From Eledone cirrhosa (lineage: Eukaryota): DNA of 64,000 nt. The position numbers were made by a program, and so were the translations under genes. The stretch is from NCBI GenBank assembly GCA_964016885.1, contig OZ024741.1:96348001-96412000 (forward strand), read 5' to 3'. Every line of letters starts with the position of its first letter. Within the stretch, counting starts at the first letter, position 1. Below, piece by piece: positions 54,708 to 64,000 of the stretch. The notes under the pieces are model-generated. The model ran no database searches, was not told where the DNA came from, and was given only the letters and a program-made list of their open reading frames with translations.

Positions 54708-54783
<76 letters not shown>

Positions 54784-54917
54784 TTAGAAATGTAAGCTAT
54801 CGCCATATTTTGACTAAAGAAATTAAAGAAATTATTTATCCTGATAGTGGGGTTAAGAAACCTCGGAGAAATGGAAAAAGATGAGTATTGACGTACAAGT
54901 TTCGAAAATATTCTTAC

Positions 54918-54957
<40 letters not shown>

Positions 54958-55631
54958 CATATACTTTCATATATATAAATATATATATATATGAAAGTAT
55001 ATGCTTTGATATATTTAACAAGGGAAAAATACAGGAAAAAGAAACTGAAAATACAATTGTAGTCTTTAAGACACGTTTGGAAGATTTTCATAAATTGAGT
55101 GAGACCGACATATATGGCTAAGTGATATATATGTAGACAATCCCTTCGACCTTTACAAAGTACTAAGGCGATGAAGTTAATACAAAGGGTTCACAATTCA
55201 AAGTAGTTGACTTTGCAGACCGTAAGTGTCTGCCCTGTACAGTGGACTACTATAGGCTTTTTAGACAGAGACTAGGTTACTGAAAGCTGAAAGCGTCGTT
55301 TCCCGTGCACGAAGATTAGCAAATTAGTTAAGCGGGCTTCTACGGGGAAATTGTTAATAAAAGACCGTAGTTCGCCCTGAAAAGGAAAATTATAGAATCG
55401 ATGAGGTCTACCAAAGGAGTACAGCAGAATTCTCGATTCTGTGTGCCGAGGGGAGGGGGCTTTGCTGACAAAGGATTTGAATAAAGGAGACTATATAGAT
55501 CATTTCAGGCCCATAACTCCGCTAAACGCAAAGATTAACATTTTGGCTAAGATGTTAGCGATGGAGTAATCTATGGCTTGCGCCGCGGTTGGGATTTTAA
55601 CCCCAACCTTATCTCTCTCTCCCTCTCTCGC

Positions 55632-55696
<65 letters not shown>

Positions 55697-56940
55697 TAGC
55701 GTCCGTCATCTACTACCGCTTGACCGTCGTGCCTTGTCCAGCCAAAACGCTCACCAAAATGGAGCGCGCGCTCTTCCAATTCCTTTGGAAGAAACGGGCT
55801 CCCTTGGTGAGAAGATCCATCTGCTGCCAACACCCTTCAAACGGAGGGCTGGGAATGCCGTGGCTGACGATGCACAAACACGCGCTCAGGCTGCGGAACC
55901 TCCACGTATTCTTCACCGGACAACCGGTGTGGGCCCCGTTCGTGAGGCGAGCCTTCCCACGACTCGTCTCGCTGACCGAGCTGCAGTCCTGGGTCAAGCA
56001 AAAACCGAGGAAAATGGGCGACTGGCACATCGACTGTGCACAGGCGCTCACAGTCCTCTGGCAAACGGACCCGGCGATCAGTGGAGGCTCCACTTCGGCA
56101 TTCTATAGAGGGTTGGTCCCAGCAAGTGCGACGACGCGCTCGGAGAAACTCTAGGCGTAGAGGAGGACGAACTGGCCAGTCTGGTCGGTAGGACCTTCCG
56201 CCCGGGACCAATGGACAACTTCCAAAAGTCCCTGGCCTGGCAGTGCTACCGAGGAGCTCTACCAGTTCGAGACAAGCTCTACAGACACGGGCGCCCGGGC
56301 AGGGACCCTTTAAAAAAGACCTGTCCGAGATGCGCGTGCGACGAGGAAACCGTCACGCACGCATTTGTACACTGCCCGGGCGTTACCGAATGTGGAGCTA
56401 CATACTACGACTATTGTCGCGGGTGGGACCAATCCAGTTAACCACCGAATCCATTATCATGATCAAACCGCCACCCTCCTTCAAAAGCGAGTGAGAGGCG
56501 GTTTTCCTATGTGCTATGGCTATGGTGAAAGAGGTTATATGGTGGTCGAGGTTAAAAGGGCTGAGGTCAGACACCTTTCTCTCCGGCGAGCAACTGATTC
56601 GTTTTTTCAAATATCATTTTGGAAGAAGAATCAGGATGGAGAGAGAGGTGCTGTACCCCAGCATATTTTATAAAAGGTGGGTGAACGTGGCAAAGATGGC
56701 CCGAGTGGTTGGGCCTTCTCTCTATATAAGCCTGTAGGTTGAGGAAAAAGAGGAAGAGAGGAAGAGAGTACTCACATTTTTTCGGGGTGTGTACAACCCC
56801 TGTGTAACGCCTCCCGCCTATTGGAGATTTCAATTGTTATTTGTTATTTTATTAATATTTTTATTTTCATATACCTGTATGTAAACTCCCCATTTGTATT
56901 TGGCCCCTTCTTTTGTGCCCTTGTGGCTAATAAAGAAATG
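55697..56940 (+). mobile_element. 5'-truncated Tx1/L1-clade LINE in (TATC)n (ORF2 C-terminus with zf-RVT)
   Basis: LFQFLWKK...HPSNGGLGMP; KSLAWQCYRGALPVRDKL...CPRC..DEETVTHAFVHCP. Two frameshifts and a TGA at 56492; ORF ends at 56737; AATAAA then TATCTATC. Confidence 0.85.
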
Positions 56941-56951
56941 TATCTATCTAT

Positions 56952-57046
<95 letters not shown>

Positions 57047-57047
<1 letters not shown>

Positions 57048-57181
57048 AACGAAGGAAGTGTGGTAAGGAACCAGGTGGACCATAACGCACCAGAGTACCC
57101 GATACTCTGGGTAGTAGAGTGAGTCCAGAAATAGACGTCAAACGACTTGAGCTCTGCCGTCGGGGTCCTGACTCTTTTCCT
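57047..57181. mobile_element. Inverted fragment pair of the variant-HHR pLTR family
   Basis: Minus tail 57047-57121 is joined to plus AGTCCAGAAATAGACGTC...GCCGTCGGGGTC...TTTTCCTATA. Confidence 0.75.
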
Positions 57182-58120
57182 ATATATATGTGTATGTATA
57201 TATGTATATATATATATATACACATATATAAATACATAGTTAGCGCTTTACTTTATATTTCAGGCGCCTTCTAGTGTCTTGTAAAACGGGAATAATAAAG
57301 AGTCAAGAGAGATTGTACAGTTAAGGGAAACAACAATTTTAGAAGGAAAGGAAAAAATGTTAAAAATGCCCCCAAACAATAGATAACAACCCTATAACGT
57401 AACAAAATGAAATTCTTGAGATTTCTGACCGTATGTGAGCAATTCTCTGTTTGAGTGTACGTATGTGTATATGGACTTATTTGCGATTATAGTGTGCACG
57501 TGAGAGGGGAATACATGTGTAGTCATGTCTGACAATGTGTAATATGTACAACAAAGCGAACTTCAGTGTATTATGTGTTTTTTAGTGTACATAGCTGTGT
57601 GTGTATGTGTATGATCATAACGGTCATAACAATTGTGGAAAGTATGCGTATTTGTACGTGTCATATGTAGAGTGCAATGCCTGTGTAATATGCAATATGT
57701 GTGAGAGAGTATGTGATTACTTGCATGTGTAGGTGAATAAATAAGATGAGATTTTGACTCTAACATTCCAGATTTTGGATCCGAAAACGTAATTATTGTA
57801 TCTTCCACGTCCAACCTCTTATTCTAGCGTCCCGCCCTCGTTTACCCGAGAAAAGGTCAAAGATGAAATTAGGTGGGAATTAAAAGTTAAAGGATCATAA
57901 AATGGAACGTTACCTAATCTTTATAACGTGATTAATGTATAGGGAATGAAGGAATGAGGGTGAACGAATGAGAATAAGAGAGCGGCTGAGGGAAAAGCAA
58001 GTAAAAAAGGAGGTGGAAGAAGTAAACAAGGAAAACTTTAAATAAGGCGACAACTGAAAGACAGAGAGAATGAGAGAGAGACAGAAAATTGGATAGCTGA
58101 TAGATAGATAAGGATAGGGA

Positions 58121-58166
<46 letters not shown>

Positions 58167-58424
58167 GAGAGAGAGGGGGAGAGAGAAAGAGAGAGAAATA
58201 TATGAAGAGAGAAAAATACAGCGACAGGGAACGATGAAAAACGATGAGTTAAAGTGAGAGCGAGTGTTTAATGACTGACGAAGAAAGAGGGAGAAAGAGA
58301 GATAAAGCGAGAAAGAGTGTGGGAAAGAGGGAGAGATATTTATTATAGAATGGATAATTGGGAATAGTTACAAGTGAAATATTCAGCTAAAATCATAAAT
58401 TGGTACATTATGTTAGCGCTTACT

Positions 58425-58632
<208 letters not shown>

Positions 58633-59689
58633 AAGCATACGCAATTAGGTACAAACACATATACTTACAGATAAAAATAAAGAATATTAGTTAAATGAAT
58701 CAGTTCAACGTGCACGAGAATCAAGTCTCCCCTAGATCACCATTTTACCTACCCCCGGGCTGCCTAGTAACAACATCACGGCGCATGGCTTAACTCGGTG
58801 CATTCTTCATATATCTGTACTCATCCTGAAGATGAATGCTTTCTCATTGTAGAGCCGTGTGCTTTTGCCTCCGCGTGTGTGACCCATATATATGACTTTG
58901 TGGATGAAATGCGAGGGCTGTGTTTACGTCTGTTCACTTGTCACACCATCTTGAGCTGTCTCTCACGATGCTGCCATTAACGATGTCATCAGAAGGAATC
59001 TTGACGAGGTTATTGTTCTGTAACTATAGGAACATGGTTGCTTCGACGGGAGTGACGATAGGTGCTCTCAACGGATAATCAATTTCCTATCGGAAAGGCG
59101 TATGTCACTGATGTTGGTTGTCGCATTTTGCGACTAGTTCTCCGGTGCTAATATCATTGCTTCAGTTACAACGTTGTTTGCCACCAGGTGGAAAGGAAGG
59201 CAACTAAGTATCAGGCATTGATGTTTTGTGCCTGTGGCCATCGAGACCTCCGCTGCCATCGCTTCTCCGACAGCCGTTTTTCCTCCACCAAATCGGAAGA
59301 AGGTTAAGTTGGCTGGTTATTCTCCTCGAGTCACAGCTGAGATGTACTGTCCAGCTAATACTGTAGGGCTTCCTCTTTTTATTTATCCACATACATACAT
59401 ACATACATACATACATACATACATACATACATACATACATACATACATACATACATACATACATACATACTTGTGAATATATGTTTTTAACGTAGTACTC
59501 GTGGTTTCTTCAAGTATCGTATTGTTGTTGAATTCCATAATAGCGATGATCAAGAAGACTTCTGATTAAAATTATTCTAGCCATAGCCATCCCGTTTTTC
59601 AATCTTATTATACTTAAATGTTAGGTTGGATACAAAGTCCTGTCGCAGAAAAGGAAAATATGTTTATTTGGTTGTGATCGATATATTCA

Positions 59690-60745
59690 ATCAAGATAAT
59701 ATTTTACCACATTTTAATAACATAATCCATTCTAAGTTGGTAAGTTGTTGAGCATAATATACTTCCGGTTGCGAAGCAAAGACGGATTTAATGTCCATTT
59801 ATACTTCTCGATTTGGAAACTGTTTTCCATTTAGAAAATGTTGCAATTATTTGAAAACATAATCCAATGGAGAAAGGTCAGGTGAATAAAGAGGATGAGG
59901 TAAAACTTCCATATTAAGTGTAAGAATGTTGTTCTGTGCAATTTGGCAATATGTGGTCATGCATTGTCGTGTAGGAGCAACGCAAATTTACTATATGACA
60001 ATACTGGGTTGTTTTCTTTTGTTGTTGCAAATTTTGACTTAATGATTCCAGTTAGTGACAATAATTATCAGCATTAATTGTCTCACCTGCGTTCACCACT
60101 TCATAATAGAGGACACCCTTCATATCCCATCAGACACATTGAGTGATAACTATTGTCATTTTCGTTGGATAACTATTGTCATTTTCGTTGGATACACTAC
60201 CCACATGTTATCACTGGTTATTATTCTGCCCACAAAGGGGTCATTAGCAAGTCTACCCGTTAGAGGAAGAGCAAAGGGCAAGGCTTTGAGTTGAATAGCA
60301 GCCAGATTATGTGACACTAACTGGCAATGTTTAGACATATTCCCCCAGTTTGGCCAGTTCTTTGCAATAGTCCAGTAAAATGTATTTTGCCAATTCTCGT
60401 GCAGTTTAGATTTTCTTCCATCATATTCTGTAAAAGCTCGAGATTAAGAGAGCTCGGTTGCCCTAATCCCGGAGAAATACCGAAGTAAGAATATCCTTAT
60501 CGAAATTGTTTAAATTATAGTAGGCATGTTCGGAGCTTCATTTTTATAGACAAATTGAATATTCATTGTCTTTCTGTCGCTGAGAAATATTTTTTGTATT
60601 CATTTAGCATACAGTGTCTTATATGTGTCCGATCAGCTCTCATTCTAGGGAGATCACATTGTATAATATTAAGCAATACAACATTAAATTAATCTGAAAA
60701 TAACAAAACAAGAAAAGCATTAGAACAAACCTCGAAACGTTTATA
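59690..60745 (-). mobile_element. Degraded mariner transposase
   Basis: NDPFVGRIITSDNMWVVY (first D), LLLHDNA*PH (second D), PHPLYSPDLSPLDY (third D). Confidence 0.8.
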
Positions 60746-63701
60746 TTGCTGTCAGTATTGAAAAAGTGACTTCAAACCTATTAGTTCCAGCCTATTAGTT
60801 ATTGTGTGATTTGTTGAAGATTTCGATGCTACTTCTCGTAGGTCAAGTGACCTTCCCTTGGTGGGGGTGACGATAATAATTAGATGGTTTGCTGATATCG
60901 ATAGTACGGAACGGTAGAGAATGTGGATACCAAGCAAACACACACATACAGATACGGAATATACTTGCCGAAGGTGTCAGCATGTGTGATCGAGCTCAAT
61001 ATTACATGCACTCAAAGCGAATGTTTTAACCGTATGTTTTGTTAGAATTTAGTGATGAACGTCTTCTGAAAGACCGTAGTGATTATGTTTGTAGTAGCTT
61101 GCTTTGCATTGAAATGATGGTTAAACTCTCACAGAAATTGGGAGACGAAATACAAGTTGTATTTGATAGGATGATTGGTTATTCGGCGAATATGTCGTTA
61201 GGTTTTCGAAAGTAGGGGAAGAAAGATATTTATAATAATCGAAGGAAAAAAAACTCGTCAAAAGTTTCTATATATTTGTGATTAGAGTATCTTGGGAATT
61301 AAATGAGTAGTATTTGCATATGATTAATGATCGGTGTTAAATAACCTTGTATAGGTTAGTGAATAGGTTATCAATAACATAACATTATCTCCATGAACTT
61401 ACTATGACTCTTATACATGTTCTTTCAGCAATCGTTTGTCTTCCTGTCTATTTTCTTTTCTTGCTGTCATTGTATGTTACTATTTATCTCTTATTTATTT
61501 TTTCTTTTGTTTCCTATTTCGCTTTCTATTTTAATATTATCGATTTCTTTATCACTAGTTGCAAAGTCCTACAGCTTAGGGAATGGAAAAAATCAAGAAT
61601 TCTTGTGTTTATGATTTTCCCAAAGAGATTTAGAGGTGTAAGAGAAGTGAAATGTCTTTCAACCGGAAATTGAAACCATGTCACTGCCTTGATTCGAAGA
61701 GAGTTATCTTTTACTCTAGAGCATATCATTACTTTTTTTTTAACCAATATTGCTGATAGTTTCAAATAGATTTTCATTATTGGCAGATTCTATTTCTGTA
61801 AACGCTCAAAGATATTATTTCTAATTCTCTTAACTATGCGCTGATATCCCAAGGACATTGGTCAAACTCTACAACAGGTATGAGACATATGACCTTCTAC
61901 ACCATATAAGATCTATGTTCACTATTCAAACACCTGTTTAATCAGTGTCCAAGGATTTCCATCATATATGCTGTTGCTGCCTCCTAACCAATTCCACACA
62001 TGCTGTATTCCTTCGTGCAGTTCGGCGTTGATTGAGTTCTGTCAGTTTCATAAAGCCTGTATGCTACCTTTACCCACTCCCTTAAATATTCGCTCCATCA
62101 AATTTGACTGACATCAAAACTTTTCCCGCACAAATTTACAATAATTTAAATTACCACCTCCACCCTACATACACAAGAGAAATCCCAATATATTGATGGA
62201 ACCCCCACTAAAAGTAATGACCAAAACCACTTTTAAATTAAACGCTCCGACTTAAAATATGGGTATATTCGATACCAATGTTTAAACTTAGAGAGTCCTA
62301 AATGCTGGAACTTATATAACCTCACTGATTCTGAATCTATTATTTTATCCTTGCTGACTTTAAAGTGAGAACCACAGGTTTTAAATTGTACGTGGCTGCA
62401 CAAAATATTTCAAAATATTGTTAAGCTAACCATATCTACAAATACTGATTCGTTGAATACTTTGTTAGGTTACCTATTACAGGTTAGATCTGCCACGAAC
62501 GATGAAGTCCGGTGGCCGATGATGAGTTTCATGCCATACTGTGTTTTATAATTCAATTAATTGTACCTTTTTTATTTTGTAGGTCATGACATTTTTCTTA
62601 TGAATATTTTACACCAACACTGGGTTAGATCAACTAAGTCTGTATTATAGGTGTATTAAAGCAGAAATGTATATGACAGATCAACAACAGTAGTTATAGC
62701 TGCATCAGATGTAACGCACAAAGCCGCAATCTTGAGAAGAGAGTATGATTGGTTCATATTTTATCGACAATGGAAGCAAAGAAGGCAATGTCGATTCCAG
62801 TGAGATGAGATTTCTGAACATCAGGGGACAAAAATAACACCTGTAAACAATTTATACTATTACTTCGCCTTACATACCTCGCAACATTTCTATATCTAGG
62901 ATATTTCACCTAGTCTCAATGCCACTTAGTTTGATTTAAATTGACTCGCAGTACATGAATGATAAATATTTTCTTGGCAAAGGAGGATGAAAAACAAATT
63001 TGAACGAACAAGAAATTGAACTTAGAAACCAAAGCACGTAACTACACACAGAAAGGTATTTTATTTGTTGTTCTAGTGATTTTACTAGTTTACATCATTT
63101 CACTGTGTTTATAATAATAATTTCTTACATAGACACGAGGCTAACAATTTGATGGGTAGAGCAAAGTCTATTCGATCGATCTCATTACTTAATTGAAAGC
63201 TTATTTTTATCATCGCCAAAAGATGTAAGGTAACATTGATCTTGGTGTAATTTGAACGAGCCTTAACTGATACACCACTCTTCACTATTCCTATAATAAA
63301 TATGCAATTTTTAATAATTTTATTACGTTATTAATACATTTATGTATGACCCTCACAAAACCTCATTTCTCTTCCTTTAATATCAAACCTTGTTTCTATG
63401 TAATAAATCAATATTTCCTCCGGTTTTTTTCTTTTAAATAGAAATTTCTAAAATTTGTGGGAAACAGGCGATTTTATAAAGAAAACAATAAATTGAAACT
63501 TTTTGTTCTTTATGTCGTCCATATTGTAATAACATTTTTGGAATTATTTCTTAGTGATAATACAATTTTCTTGTAGTTTTGAAATTGTATAAAGTATAAA
63601 ACCTTATCAACATCAGCATCGTCTTCATCATGACTGTCGTTGTTGCTGCTGCTGTTATTGTTGTTGTTGTTGTTGTTGCTGTTGTTGTGTTGTTGTTGTT
63701 G

Positions 63702-63739
<38 letters not shown>

Positions 63740-64000
63740 GAGTATTTTTTTTATTTCTAGAATGATAAACGAAAACGAAAAATGTTTTCTATTAAAGAAA
63801 TAACGTTTCTGAGTGAAAAGAAACGACAGCAATATCAAAATCAACATAAAAACAACAACAACAATAACAACATCGGCATCATCATCATGAGCAGGAACTT
63901 CAGCAATAATAACCAGGAAAAATGGTAGTAAAAGGAGGTACAGGGCTTGCAACTACAACAACAATCACCCCTACAACTGCCACATCGAACGGAAATACAG

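Noticed and set aside
54521-54710. Possible hammerhead on the minus strand (ATGAAGA...GAAA) between TA tracts
   Set aside because: Core position 3 is wrong and stems I and III do not pair convincingly.
63551-63952. 133-aa ORF with signal-peptide-like start and poly-N/T
   Set aside because: Built from trinucleotide microsatellites, with no splice or domain support.

Overview
AT-rich, microsatellite-saturated animal non-coding DNA. The SINE and repeat repertoire suggests an octopus or other coleoid cephalopod; this is inference. I found no host protein-coding exon, and almost all ORFs in the supplied track are microsatellite artefacts. The window is mostly decayed mobile DNA: about 25 copies of a tRNA-derived Nin/Deu-domain-like SINE, two 5'-truncated Penelope-like elements (PLEs) with GIY-YIG endonucleases plus a PLE RT fragment, Tx1/L1, CRE-type and R4/Dong-type LINE ends, RTE-like non-autonomous elements, two mariner relics and a Helitron-like element. 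The most interesting signal is RNA-level. Several PLE terminal-repeat families carry type I hammerhead ribozyme (HHR) folds. One family has a non-canonical U3-A8 core (UUGANAA), an enlarged stem II and a full stem III, which a standard CUGANGA search would miss. These families recur as fold-back mini-insertions in (TA)n with a shared short-arm/long-arm architecture. All folds and alignments were done by eye, and boundaries of degraded elements are approximate.
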